Positions 11,120 to 23,812 of a stretch of DNA of 63,950 nucleotides are shown piece by piece. Made by a program: the position numbers and the translations under genes. Each line of letters opens with the position of its first letter. The first letter of the stretch is position 1. The notes beneath the pieces were generated by a model, which was not told the origin of the DNA, did not search any database, and saw nothing but the letters and a program-made list of their open reading frames with translations. Origin of the DNA: Octopus bimaculoides (Eukaryota); contig NC_068987.1 in the NCBI RefSeq assembly GCF_001194135.2, forward strand, positions 18,264,804 through 18,328,753, written 5' to 3'.

Positions 11120-11535
11120 TGATGGTAAGAAGTTTGCTTCCCAACTACATGGTTCTGAGTTCAGTCTCACTGCATAGCACCTTGGGAAAATGTCTTTTAC
11201 TATAGCCCCAAGCTAGTCAAAGCCCTGTGAGTGGATTTGATAGAAAATGAGAGAAGCTTATTGTGTGTGTGTGTGTGTGTGTGTAGATAGATATACATAT
11301 AAATATATATGTATGTATATGCTTGTGTATGTATGTGTGTTTGTGTCTCTCTGTCTTGACATTCTGTGGTAGATGGAAATTCTACAAAACCTGTCTGACC
11401 ACGGAGAAATATTAGCTTGCTTGGGAACAGGTAAGAACTGACTCCAGAAAGACATCCGGCCATAGAAAATCGACCACAATGTACTTCATCCGAACTATGC
11501 AGGCGTAGAAAAGTGGATGCTAAAATGAAGATGAT
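11120..11535 (+). mobile_element. CORE-like SINE head joined through a microsatellite to a variant-B (GAT)n-tailed module
   Basis: Head 11120-11270, (TG)/(TA)n, then GGAGAAATATTAGCTTGCTTGGGAACAGG...GACATCCGGCCATAGAAAAT...GAAAAGTGGATGCTAAAATGAAGATGAT. Confidence 0.65.
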
Positions 11536-11734
11536 TATGACAGTATATAAAACTTTAATCCATTATCATTAGTTCAATAAAATACATTACAATGATTATG
11601 GATTAAATACTTATTCGTTCTCTTTGAGCTCTTTATTCTTCTAAGTGGCCAGACATAGCTTCTTTGAACTTGCCACTGCACTAGAGTATATACGTACACA
11701 CTCACACATACACTCACTCATTATGTATAACATA

Positions 11735-11793
<59 letters not shown>

Positions 11794-12498
11794 NNNNNNN
11801 NNNNNNNNNNNNNNNNNNNNNNNNNNNNNNNNNNNNNNNNNNNNNNNNNNNNNNNNNNNNNNNNNNNNNNNNNNNNNNNNNNNNNNNNNNNNNNNNNNNN
11901 NNNNNNNNNNNNNNNNNNNNNNNNNNNNNNNNNNNNNNNNNNNNNNNNNNNNNNNNNNNNNNNNNNNNNNNNNNNNNNNNNNNNNNNNNNNNNNNNNNNN
12001 NNNNNNNNNNNNNNNNNNNNNNNNNNNNNNNNNNNNNNNNNNNNNNNNNNNNNNNNNNNNNNNNNNNNNNNNNNNNNNNNNNNNNNNNNNNNNNNNNNNN
12101 NNNNNNNNNNNNNNNNNNNNNNNNNNNNNNNNNNNNNNNNNNNNNNNNNNNNNNNNNNNNNNNNNNNNNNNNNNNNNNNNNNNNNNNNNNNNNNNNNNNN
12201 NNNNNNNNNNNNNNNNNNNNNNNNNNNNNNNNNNNNNNNNNNNNNNNNNNNNNNNNNNNNNNNNNNNNNNNNNNNNNNNNNNNNNNNNNNNNNNNNNNNN
12301 NNNNNNNNNNNNNNNNNNNNNNNNNNNNNNNNNNNNNNNNNNNNNNNNNNNNNNNNNNNNNNNNNNNNNNNNNNNNNNNNNNNNNNNNNNNNNNNNNNNN
12401 NNNNNNNNNNNNNNNNNNNNNNNNNNNNNNNNNNNNNNNNNNNNNNNNNNNNNNNNNNNNNNNNNNNNNNNNNNNNNNNNNNNNNNNNNNNNNNNNNN

Positions 12499-12539
<41 letters not shown>

Positions 12540-12547
<8 letters not shown>

Positions 12548-12895
12548 ATATGTTTGTCCCCCCAACATCGCTTGACAACCGATGCTGATGTGTTTATGTC
12601 CCCATACTTAGCGGTTCGGCAAAAGACACCGATAGAATAAGTACTAGGCTTCCAAAGAATAAGACCTGGGGTCGATTTGCTCGACTAAAGGCGGTGCTCC
12701 AGCATGGCCACAGTCAAATGACTGAAATGAGTAAAAGAGTATCGATGTACATTTTACACACACATGGTGTTTGCTTTGTAACCATATGGTTTCAGGTTCA
12801 ATCTGAATGTGCAGCATCTTGGGTAAATATCTTCTTCTATAGTCTCAAGCTGACGAATGCCTTGTGAGTGGAATTGGTAAGCAAAAACTGCTTAG
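12540..12895 (+). mobile_element. CORE-like SINE 3' half followed by a second diverged head
   Basis: TTTGTCCCCCCAACATCGCTTGACAACCGATGCTG...GAAATGAGTAAAAGAGTA (12540-12740); head about 12765-12895. Confidence 0.8.
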
Positions 12896-13447
12896 AGACC
12901 CACCAGAGAGCCCTAACTCTTTTCCGATCCTAGACACACGGGACCCAATCACATTCGAGAAGCTGACAATCTCCATGTTGCTTTGTGCTGCAGCTAGGTC
13001 TGTGAGCAAAACATGCCTTTATAGTTTCTGTGCCAAACTGCAATATTGATGTTGTTAGTCTATTTAAAATAGAAATGAGACAAAATAAAACTTGGCACAT
13101 GTTAGGTGACATCACATTTTATCATCTTACATTCATGACCCACTAAATTTGTTGTGTTGTGTGTGAGACACTTTTTAATAAATATCTTAATAAATAAATA
13201 AAAGATTATTGAATTTAATTGAGGCACATTGGGCATTTTAGTTAGAAATATATTAATAAAAGTAATGTAGAGGGATTTTAGAAGGATCTGAATCCATCAT
13301 ACTTTAAATTGATCTGATAGTGGTGAGGGCTCTCAAAATCTCAGGTGAAACTTCTTTTAAAGAAAGGGCCTACTAAAATTGCAGTTCGTCTTATAAATTT
13401 TCGAATACTACACACACATATTCTTACTATATCCCTTGCTATTTTAA

Positions 13448-13611
13448 CCCTTTAGCATTTAAACTGGCCATGTCTGACAAAAATATTCTACTTGTCATGT
13501 TCAATCCAGCCAGATCTGAACTCTCAAAGCTACAAGATGATACATAATTAATTGAAAAAAATGTAAATAAATAAGCACCACATTTAACAGAGTAATCTGA
13601 ATGCTAAAGGG
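13448..13611. mobile_element. TTAA-type (piggyBac-like) MITE, 164 bp
   Basis: TTAA|CCCTTTAGCATT...AATGCTAAAGGG|TCAA: perfect 12-bp TIR; right TSD has one substitution. A related end lies at about 45608-45700. Confidence 0.8.
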
Positions 13612-13617
13612 TCAATC

Positions 13618-14011
13618 TATTCTTTTACTTGTTTCAGTCTTTTGACTGTGGCCATGCTGGAGCACCGCCTTTAGTCGAGCAAATCAACCCCAGGACTTAT
13701 TCTTTGGAAGCCTAGTACTTATTCTTTCGGTCTCTTTTGCCGAACCGCTAAGTTACAGGGACATAAACACACCAGCATCGGTTGTCAAGCGATGTTGGGG
13801 GGACAAACACAGACATACAAACACATACACACATACACATATATATATATACATATATACGATAGGCTTCTTTCAGTTTCCGTCTACCAAATCTACTCAC
13901 AAGGCATTGGTCGGCCCGAGGCTATAGTAGAAGATACTTGCCCAAGATGCCACGCAGTGGGACTGAACCCGGGACCATGTGGTTGGTAAGCAAGCTACTT
14001 ACCACACAGCC
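13618..14011 (-). mobile_element. CORE-like SINE, full length, low divergence
   Basis: Complete tail, internal (TA/CA)n and head; many CpGs retained. Confidence 0.9.
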
Positions 14012-14224
14012 CAACAATCTAATACTTTAGTAACGATTATCACATGAATTAGCCATTTACAGATGCTACCAGTAGCTGTGGAATTATGGTAAGCTCGTTT
14101 ACAAGCTCTTTTTAATTGACATTAGCATCTATGAAATATAAACCAAGTAACACTGTTAACTTTGTTTTCTTTACCTTTTTTTACAAAACCACACCAATCT
14201 TGTTCATAGAATATCTGCATTTAA

Positions 14225-14480
14225 TTTAGAATACCTCATCATGATCATATTCTTTTAATATCTGTTTTCCATGCTGGCATGGATTGGACAGTTTGGCAGG
14301 AACCAACCAACCAGAGGGACTGCACGGAGCTCCAATGTTAGTTTTGGCATGGTTTCTTTGGCTGGGTGCCCTTATTAACACCAACCACTTTACAGGATGT
14401 ACTAGGTGCTTTTTTTTTTTTGTGATGGTGGTGAGTGGGGGTGGGGTACTAGCAGTAGTGAGGCCACCAAGTAACTTTTA
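14225..14480 (-). mobile_element. RTE-type 3' module, diverged
   Basis: TTTTCCATGCTGGCATGGATTGGAC...GCTGGGTGCCCTT...CACCAACCACTTTACAG. Confidence 0.65.
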
Positions 14481-15079
14481 AGACAAGAGCCTGCTCAACT
14501 GAGAGGTGGGTAGGGTTAACACACGGCAAGACCCAACATCTTAATTTCACAACCTTTGTGCTTTGTATATATGACTTCTTAGCAACAAATTTTATAATAA
14601 TTACAAGCCAAACATTTAGCTATAGGGATTATTATGAAGAAATGTATAAACAGGAAACTATTGACTTTTTGCTGACATGATTTACAATTTCAATGGTTAT
14701 AAATGGAAGCAATTATAGGTATTCTCAGCAAATGTGATTTTTAAAGAATAATGCGGCTTGCAATTGGGCTGGTTAATTATATCTAGTAACTATAACTAAT
14801 GTTACTGTCAATTGTTTTTCTCGAAATAGTTGAACAGCTTGTGTTGTGTCTGTGCACAGCTGTTGCTTTAGCCTTCAGTTTATAACCAACAAAAGACTAA
14901 AAAAACGATCCTTTGTCAAACTGTGTTTAATTTATCTGATTCGCTTTATTTATTATTACAAATGCCAAACTGTTCGCTTTCGGTTCTTTGAAACATTTAA
15001 AAGTTTTGTTTATACATCTTATTCTCATATTAATAACGATGTAACTGAAGCTGCAGCAATTAGTTTCACAATTTACTGA

Positions 15080-15470
15080 AAAACTAAGTAAATCTCAAAA
15101 TGAACAGTGCCACACCTAACTGGAATCAGAGACAATTCGGTTGTATTGGATAATTGGAATGATACTAAGTCTGTATTGTTTAACCTCAAATCACCTTTGA
15201 TCAAGTGGAACTATGATCACTGCTGTTTCAGTTGTGACCATCCTGTGTATTCATCCACCCTTTTCAAGACTGTACTATGTGAGTTGTGCAAGATTTTTGG
15301 CTTGTTATTTCTAGCAAAACATGCAACCACGTGGCAGATCCTTCTTTAGTTCATATCATTCAGTTGTTATACAATGGTAGGAAGCATTATCCTGCACTAA
15401 ATCGTATCTATACACCCAGTGTAATTGCTGTTATAGATGATGGAAATTTATCAACATTATAAAGCACTAA
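15080..15470 (-). pseudogene. Possible decayed IS630/Tc1-like DDE transposase fragment
   Basis: Minus frame reads ...DLVQDNASYH..., the second-Asp motif pattern, and about 80 codons later RLSIIPIIQYNRIV, resembling LRLPPYHC(Q/E)(Y/L)NPIE. Several stops. Confidence 0.35.
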
Positions 15471-16412
15471 ATTACTTAACTCTCCTTAGATGCCACACTC
15501 TACATTGATAAGTCTTTTACTGGACGATCGGAAACAACACTCTGCATCCTTACTGGATTTAGTTATGCGCTATACCATACAGAAGAGCTGTAAAGGGGAA
15601 TGAACTCTCTCTATTATTAGGGTGACATTTTGTGATTGGGGAAAAGAAAAAACAGATTTGTTGTTTTGTTATAAAGATATTTGAGATCTAAAATATTTTT
15701 CACTATTGAAGTAGACAGTTTTTGTATATTGTTTACAAAATTTTTCAAACTTTGAAAGATATTCTAGGAAAATTCTTTATGAGCACAATATCTCAGCAAC
15801 CTTTAACATTGTTCAATGAGTTAAAATTTTTACACCTATATTCTACTCTGTAATATAAATGGCAGAAACTATGTAGTATACAGTAGCTGGAGTTCATACA
15901 CATCTTTATTACAGTGGTTGCTCGAATTGAACGCACTTTCATTTAAAAGAATGCTTTCACATGTATCATAGTGAAGTGGACATTTGAAAATTTTTGAAGT
16001 TGTCATGCTGGAGTACCCAGTCACATTGGAACTTGTAACATAACTTTATTTCTTCACGGATTTTCTAAAAACATTTGTTAATTGTGTATTGATCATTTTC
16101 ACTGTCAGTATGAAGAGAGTATATATTTTACAATTAGGTAAGGACATGCAATTTTCATTTACTTCTAAAACACAATTTTACAGCATTCATTTCACTTGCT
16201 ACAGATATAACATATCACTAACAGATGCACTGTTTATTTTCTGAACCTTCATTCAGTTATCTATAATTTGATATATAATGTACAGGAGCTCATTCATAAT
16301 TAGAGCCACAATAAACAAAGTGATATCAAAGTCTCATGTGGCTATAGATATTAGCAAAAGAAGAAAAACCTTAAGAAAAAATAATTATTGTTTTATTATA
16401 TCTATTAACAGT

Positions 16413-16664
16413 GGAGGCGCGTGGCTTAGTGGTTAGGGTGTCAGCATCATGATCGTAAGATTGTGGTTTCGATTCCTGGACCGGGCGACGCGTTGTGTTC
16501 TTGAGCAAAACACTTCATTTCACGTTGCTCCAGTCCACTCAGCTGGCAAAAATGAGTAACGCTGCGATGGACTGGCATCCCGTCCAGCTGGGGAACGCAT
16601 ACGCCATTGAAATTGGGAAACCGGGCCCATGAGCCAGGCTAGGCTGTAAAGGGCGCATTTATTA
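16413..16664 (+). mobile_element. Young tRNA-derived SINE (V-domain-like tail) with a 21-bp TSD
   Basis: A box TGGCTTAGTGG, B box GGTTTCGATTCC, GCTGCGATGGACTGGCATCCCGTCCAG. TSD TTTATTATATCTATTAACAGT at 16392-16412 and 16665-16685. Confidence 0.92.
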
Positions 16665-16819
16665 TTTATTATATCTATTAACAGTTAAGGATATCAAAGG
16701 AAGTGACATTGAAACAATAGGAAGGTTGGAAGTGTTACATCATGCTGAGTGAGATATCATGTGATGACTATTGGTATAAAAATGGTTGTTATGGTTAACC
16801 AGTGAAGTTTGTCATATCG

Positions 16820-17075
16820 TCATCATCATCATCATCATCATCATTCACTTTTCCATGCTTGCATGGGTTAGATGGAATTTGTCAGGGCAAGATTTTATAC
16901 AGCTGGAGGCTCTTCCTGTTGCCAACCCTCACCTATTTTCAAATTAGTTAATATTTCCACATGACCAGACATCTTTCCACCGAAGATTGAAAACAAATAA
17001 CACTGATTGTACGACAGTGATGCTCCTTCACAACCATCACATGATGACAAGGAGGCACACACATACACACACACA
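16820..17075 (-). mobile_element. (GAT)n-tailed 3' module, variant B
   Basis: (CAT)n then TTTTCCATGCTTGCATGGGTTAGATGGAATTTG...CTTCCTGTTGCCAACCCTCACCT. Confidence 0.75.
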
Positions 17076-17749
17076 TATCAATCAGACTATCAGATGTTGT
17101 TATACACCACTAGTCACAATGCACTTCCAATTCATTCTTGAGTGTGCTCTTTCTTTCTATCTTGGCCCCATAAAGGCCTTTTAATGGAATTACAGCCTTC
17201 CTAAATGAATCAGTAGACCACATGTGCCCTGTCATTTCTCTGTGGCATGGTTTTTATGGCTGGATGTCCTTCTTTGTGCCATCACTTTACAGAGTGTACT
17301 GGATACATTTTATTGCACTGTCAATGCTAGAGAGGACTACTACAAAGTTGATAAGACTTAGCAACCCCCTCAGCTACATATCACCATTCTCTCATCGTTC
17401 ACTTCACAGAGTATTCTGAGAGGAATTATAGTGGCACCAATACAGCTGGAGATTGTCTTGTACCTGACCAGTTTAGAGTCATTGCCTGCTGAGGAGCTGA
17501 ATAGATGAAAACAATTGTGATAGAAGAACCAGGATGGGTGGGAGAGGAGACTAAGAGTGTGTTGGTAGAAGCAGATTGATTGGAATGAGTAGGTGGTGGA
17601 GGGAGTGAGAAAGAGAGAGATAATAAGACATGGATAGATGGTGAATAAACGATTGACTTTTCTACCAAATGGCCCAGGAAGAGAGCAAGGATGTACAGAA
17701 GTGATAATGATAGAGCAGATAAATGGTGGATGAGCAGACCTGTGATCTT

Positions 17750-17990
17750 GTGCCTTACCATCTCCAGTCTAAGAGTGTGCTATTAAAGCCCTTAAAGTTA
17801 CTACTAATGGTAGACTTCACAATCTCTGATCTTCCCCATATACATAGCATAACAAACAAAAGATGTCTCTCAAAGACTAGCTTTCCTCTTCAGGGCCAGA
17901 GAATATTTCAGCATTGAGCAGCTGTTGATTCTCTTTATAAAGCTTAAGTAAGACCAATAGAGAAGTTTGAAATGCCATGAGGTACTTTCA
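17750..17990 (+). pseudogene. CR1/L2-group LINE RT C-terminal relic
   Basis: Frameshifted TISDL...KTSFPLQGQRIF...LYKA*VRP, resembling ITSDLSW...LFRARRYF...LYKAQVRP. Confidence 0.45.
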
Positions 17991-19182
17991 CTCATACACA
18001 TGCACATAAGACAGGTTTCCACACAGTTTCCATCCAAAATATTTCACTGATAAGTGTTCAATAATTGTCCAAACAACAATAAAGCAAGGTTTTAGAAGAC
18101 TCTTTAGCCTTACTGATGGCAAGGCAACCTCTACAGTGTAGGTGCCATGAAAAATGTATGCAGTATTCTTTAAAGTGGTTGGTGTTAGAAAGAACATTCA
18201 ACCATAGAAACCATGGCAAAAATGAGACCTAGGAAGAAAGTATGGTTCTCCCAACCCATTGAATTCTTTCCAGCCCTCAAACCCATGCCAGCATGGAGAG
18301 CAGACATAGTGATTATTATGATGATGAAGGTTTTGTTTGACTTAAAGCTATTTTAGAAGACACTTAATTACCATGCTGTGCAATCAACTTGGAACCGTGT
18401 GATTCTGAAGCAAACTTCTCAACCACATAGCCATAACTACTTTCTTTCTGCTCACATTTAACGATGTTGCTGAAAGCAATAATTTGTCTTAAATGAAGGT
18501 TGGAGAAGTAAGAATAATTTGTTTCTCACTCCTCTCCCTGCTACTAGTCAGTCAAGAACAAAAAGTGTTCATTTTTTTGTGAAAACTCAGTTATATGGTA
18601 TACTTGTCAGAAGTCTGTTAAAATTGATAATGAAAATTTAAAAAATTTTAATCTAGTAAAGAAGGCAAAAGATGTTATTAAAAATTTTCCTGAAGCTTAA
18701 TTTTAAAATTACTGAATTTTACAGTTTGTTTGTTTTGTTGGTATTGTTTATTGCTTGTTTGTTTTTCTAATTTGCAATGCATTTTTTTTCATTCATACAT
18801 ATAGCTAACTCATCAAATATCTTAAATGTTTAATCTTATGTTTATATTTATATATTTTATGCAATATATTATTTGATAAACTTGGCTGTGTGTGTGTGTG
18901 TGTTGATAGTTAAATAGTAATTTTAACAAGATATATACACTTTATTGTGATGTCACCCTCAAGATTCAAGATAAAACAGATGATTTAGAAGCAGTTAGCT
19001 GTTGGGGGTCCTTATTGATGTTGTTTAGATCTAGAGAAATTTTTATCAAAGTGTCATTCCTGCCATGGCCATTCTGGAAGATTGCTTATTCTCAGATTTG
19101 ATATTGTTGTACCTGGGGCCATGTCAGCCTACAAGCTTTTCTTCTTCTTCTTCTCTTTCCTTCTCCTTTTTTTTTTTTTTAG

Positions 19183-19268
19183 TAAGGTACAGTTTAGAAG
19201 AGATTTGCTTGATTCTATTTTGTATCCTATAATCTTGCTAAGGATTGCTATCGTTGTCTTGATAATCA
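19183..19268 (+). CDS. Weak candidate exon with a hydrophobic segment
   Basis: ~40-nt pure pyrimidine tract plus AG, donor CA|gtgagt; open frame KVQFRRDLLDSILYPIILLRIAIVVLII. May be chance. Confidence 0.15.
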
Positions 19269-19317
19269 GTGAGTAAATACACTGAATATCATCCAGTAAC
19301 AAAACAAAATAGCCTGG

Positions 19318-19826
19318 CTTTCCGTCAGTTACGAGGATAAATGTTCCAGTTGATATGGTCAACAGAACAGCCTGCTCATTAAATTAACATGCAAGTGGCT
19401 GAACATTCTACAGACATGCATACTTATTTCTTTACTGCCCACGAGGGGCTCCACATGGAGGGGACAAACAAGGACGGACAAACGGATTAAGTCGATTATA
19501 TCGACCCCAGTGCGTAACTGGTACTTAATTTATCGACCCCGAAAGGATGAAAGGCAAAGTCGACCTCGGCGGAATTTGAACTCAGAACGCAGTGGCAGAC
19601 GAAATACCGCTAAGCATTTCGCCCGGCGTGCTAACGTTTCTGCCAGACATGCATACCCTTAATGTAATTCTCTGGGAGATTCAGCATGAAAGCAGAGTGT
19701 GACAAGACTGGCCGTCTGAATTACAAGTACAACTCAATTTTGTCACCTAAGTGAACTGGAGCAATGTGAAATAAAATGTGTCTTGCTCAATGGCACAACA
19801 CACTTCTGGGAATCAAACTCACAACC
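19318..19826 (-). mobile_element. Older modular SINE (16413-type centre, 38385-type tail) split by a nested SINE
   Basis: 19318-19423 and 19657-19740 match the reverse complement of 38600-38765; 19740-19826 matches the reverse complement of the head/central part of 16413. Confidence 0.8.
19424..19643 (-). mobile_element. Young Meta-domain-like SINE (type-1 tail) nested in a SINE
   Basis: 13-bp TSD CAGACATGCATAC at 19411-19423 and 19644-19656; CpG-rich; tail (minus) GTGGGCAGTAAAGAAATAA. Confidence 0.92.
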
Positions 19827-19827
19827 T

Positions 19828-20197
19828 TATTCTTTTACTTGTTTCAGTCATTTGACTGTGGCCATGCTGAAGCACTACCTTTAGTTGAGCAAATCAACCC
19901 CAGAACTTATTCTTTGTAAACCTAATACTTATTCTATCGATGTCTTTTGCTGAACCACTAAGTTACAGGGATGTAAACACACCAGCATCAGTTGTCAAGA
20001 AATGCTGGGGGCGGGGGGCACACACACACATATATATATACAACGGCTTCTTTCAGTTTCCATCTACCAAATCCACTCAAGGCTTTGGTCAGCCCGTTGC
20101 TATAGAAGACACTTGCCCAAGGTGCCACACAGTGTGACTGAACCCGGAACCATATGGTTGGTAAGCAAGCTATTTACCACACAGCCACTCCTGCACC
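19828..20197 (-). mobile_element. CORE-like SINE, full length
   Basis: Tail, short microsatellite and head, colinear with 13618-14011. Confidence 0.88.
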
Positions 20198-20591
20198 TTA
20201 TGGTCATGAGCCAAATATCCTTTCCACAAAATAGCAGCTCTATAAATAAAATTAAATGCAAATATCNNNNNNNNNNTTTTTTTTTTTTTTTTACTCACAT
20301 TCTAAACACATGTTCTTTGATGGAAAAGGAGAAGTCTGTGTTGGGGAGATTTTTATTTATTAATGAAATAGGATATTCAATAGATATGTTTTACATAAAT
20401 GATAATTTGTGTAAACAATCAGAAAATGAAGAGCAAAGCAAAAATAATAAGAAACATGAAACGGGATAGGATGATTGGTTTTGGGCTGGGTTGGGTTTTT
20501 TGGTGAGTGGGGTGAGTTGTTTTTAGTAGGAAACATCACATTGGAGAATTTTCTTTGTTGATATGTATTGCTCTGACATAGAAAAGTTCTC

Positions 20592-20910
20592 TTAACCCCT
20601 TACCTGGCAAAGACGAGTTAACTTGTCTTCACCCAGTTTGTCTTTTTCAGAGTGTTATGAGTAAACTCGTCCAAAACATATAATTTCAAAAACAACCACA
20701 GATGAGTTTTTACGTCAATTCTCAGCATTTCTCAGTTTCCATCTGGGTTTGTTTTTTTGTTTGTTTTTTTTCACAACTTATGCCCAGATGTCGAGCTCAG
20801 AAGATGACAATGAGTATGAACCTTCTATTAGAAGCTTGGATACATCAGATGAGAGTGAAAGCTCATCTGATAAAAAAAAAATTAATTTGAAAATTAAACA
20901 TTTTCTCTAA
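20592..20910 (+). mobile_element. piggyBac-like element left end with acidic transposase N-terminus relic
   Basis: TTAA|CCCCTTACCTGGCAAAGACGAGTTAACTTGTC terminus; ATG at 20788 gives MSSSEDDNEYEPSIRSLDTSDESESSSDKKK..., then a stop. No right end found. Confidence 0.5.
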
Positions 20911-21189
20911 AAGAAGTCACCAAGGAAGGGGCTAATACACATTGTAGAGTTTAATCCCTATTTTTTAAACTTAGCATTAGGGATCAATAGTAAACATGAT
21001 TTTTGAGTGTTAAATACATAACATCTAGCATTGTGAACTACCCATACTAGAAATAACGAGTAAGTTTCCCTCAAATTATATCCTATTGTCTTAAAAAAGA
21101 GAAAAACATTGGACACTGCCTTCTGTGATATACAAAATGATGGGATGGTCAAAATTTCATGTTAATTTATATTCCAAACAAAGGCAACA

Positions 21190-21385
21190 AACTGACAGAA
21201 TCATCAGCAAGCCAGGCATTTTGTAGGTCTCTATGTTGTAAGTTCAAATTCCACCAAAGTTGACTTTACCATTCATCCATTCGAGGTCAATAAAATAAGT
21301 ACCAGCTGAGCATTGGGGTCGATGTAATCCACTTACCCCATCTCCCAAAAGTTGACTTTGTGCCAAAATTTGAAACCAATTTATA
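21190..21385 (+). mobile_element. Meta-domain-like SINE
   Basis: AGTTCAAATTCCACCAAAGTTGACTTTACCATTCATCC...TAAGTACCAG...TGTGCCAAAATTTGAAACC. Confidence 0.75.
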
Positions 21386-21694
21386 ATTCAAGCAGCATCT
21401 TAATATTGACAAAATTATTTTAATAAACTCTTCATTTTCAAAATTAATTAAGACACAAATATGGTAACAAAAATAATTAGTTGCTAGTTGTTAGAGAACT
21501 TGTTATAAGCATTCCAGGCTTGTCACTTGCATGTCAGGCCCCAAGATAGGACCCAATGTACTTGAAGTCACTGACCTCCTTGAGTTGTGTACCACCTTTG
21601 AAACAATTTGGCCGGTGGTTTTTTATCCTAACAGATAGTCTTGTACTAGTCTTCGTTTCATTGGGAGACAGACTGACTTTGATAGCAGCATTCT

Positions 21695-21990
21695 CAGGTG
21701 AGGTTAACCTGGACTATAGAGAAGAAGCTTGAACATCGCTTCAACAGTACACACATCAGGCTTCTCATGATGGCTCAGAACATCTCATGGCATGAGTACA
21801 AGACTGAAGAGGAGATTTGTGAACACATTCCACCCATCTCTGCTTTTATTGCTCAATACAGAGTAGGCTTTGTTGGAGGCTGTTGTCACGCTAAACATCA
21901 AGCCACATCAGAAGCTATATTTTGGAGGCTTTCACACCCTAACAGAACACAAAGAACATTCAACTACAATGATGTTCTTGGCAGGAGACA
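21695..21990 (+). pseudogene. RTE-X/RTE-like LINE ORF C-terminal relic
   Basis: ORF 21698-22006 TWTIEKKLEHRFNSTHIRLLMMAQNISW...PPISAFIAQYRVGFVGGC resembles WTLTKKLEKRLDGTYTRLL..AQN.SW...RRVQFAGHC. Confidence 0.65.
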
Positions 21991-23293
21991 CACGACAGGA
22001 AATTGAGAAAGTACCAATGATATGAGATAGAGGTTTCTTGGCATGGCATGGTAAAACCCATCTCATTTACAACCACTTGAAGAAGAAGAAGAATGGTTGG
22101 TTTACTTTGGTAACTGCTTTCATTCTCTAGATATAGATAATGAAGTGTCAAGTGTATTCTCCATGCACGCAAACACTACCAAAAACACAAACCTTCAACC
22201 TTTTGGCTAATAGCCTGACACACTATCAACTTGGCAAGCTTAAAAATCATTGATTTTGTTGGTGTGTTCTGTCTGTATATAAAACAAACAATACTTCTAC
22301 AAATGTGGTTCTCTTGTGTTATATTACATTACACCATTGATATTGCAAGCCTCTAATACTTCAAAAACCCAAACTATTAACTTTTCTCTTTTTTGTTTAT
22401 TTTATTTATTTATTTATTTTTTTCAAAATGGATAATTTTATTGTGTTATTTCATGGAGAATATATTAAAAATGGAATAATCCAGAAAACAATTGAAGATT
22501 CATGATTTACCAACTTCTAGGAATATTTATTTCATTAATATGGACAAAGATGCAAAAAAAACAAAATATTAAATTAATAATAGTTTCCAATTTAGTACCA
22601 GTTTAGTATTTGTACCTTCCTTCCTTCCTTCCATGTATGCGTGTGTATGTATGTACATGCACATGTATACATACATACATACATACATACATCCTCTCTC
22701 TCACTCTTTCACACTCTGTGCTGCTCTCTCTCTCATTCTCTCATATATAAAACTCAACTATTCTTTTGATCTGATATTAATTTTGAGATTATTAGAAATG
22801 TTTTGTTTTCCTAAATTTTATTTAAAATATTTGTTGCTATGATCTTACATCATAAAAATTGCTCATCGCCGTTTTACTTCTTTTCGTTTAGTCCTAGGTC
22901 AAATTTGGTCCAGCAGACCTAAAATATGATCAAAACTATTCGAACTGTTAGAGCATTGGAACATTTTTTTTTTTGTTTGTTTTTTTATAGACATAGTATA
23001 TCTAGGACTGCATTATTCAGTATATCCTAGAAATAGCTTTCAAATTAGAGGGATTTGACAGCTATTTCTAGGAGGTCAAGCAACTACCTAAAGGTTCCCT
23101 CACATGGTCATTGTTATTATCATTAGTAGTGGTTGTGAGGATAGTGGATTGGTCAAATTATCAGACCATCAAACAAACGCCCAGCAAGTAAGTGAGACCT
23201 AACCTGGCCACTCAAGCAGCTAGAAATAGCAACCAAATATCCCTCATATCGCCATGCCTACACCAATAGTTAGTTTTGTTTTATAATCCATAT

Positions 23294-23558
23294 CTTTTAC
23301 TTGTTTCAGTCATTGGACTGCAGTCATGCTGGAGCACTGCCTTGAAGGGTTAACTCAGACAAATCTCCCCCAGCACTTATTTTTTAAGCCTACTACTCAC
23401 TCGATTAGACTCGTTTGCTGAAGTACTAAGTTATAGGAACATAAACAAACCAACACCAGTTGTCAAGCAGGGTGAGGGTGGGGCAAACACACATGTACAC
23501 ACACATGTATCTCTCTCCCCCCTCCATCTCTCTCTATATGTCTGTGCGTATATATATA

Positions 23559-23593
<35 letters not shown>

Positions 23594-23812
23594 GTGTGTA
23601 TATGTATGCATATATATGTATGTGTGTGTAGATATATAGATATAGATACACATGTGACAGGCTTCTTTCAGCTTCCATCTACCAAATCCACTCGCAAAGC
23701 TTTGGTAAGCCTAGGGCTATGCCAGAAAACACTTGCCCAAGACACTGTACAGTGGAACTGAACCCAAGACCACATGTTTGGGAAGCAACTTCCTTACCCA
23801 TACAGCCATGTG
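23294..23812 (-). mobile_element. CORE-like SINE, full length with expanded internal microsatellite
   Basis: Tail 23294-23500, (TA/TG)n 23535-23650, head 23655-23812. Confidence 0.85.

Noticed and set aside
15283-15462. Plus-strand IIQLLYNGRKHYPAL resembling an OTU protease His box
   Set aside because: It is the antisense of the QDNASYH motif, no catalytic Cys box is evident, and the upstream frame has many stops.
16413-16490. tRNA gene-like A and B boxes (also at 38385 and in other SINE heads)
   Set aside because: They continue into SINE bodies bounded by TSDs; I see no complete cloverleaf or Pol III terminator.
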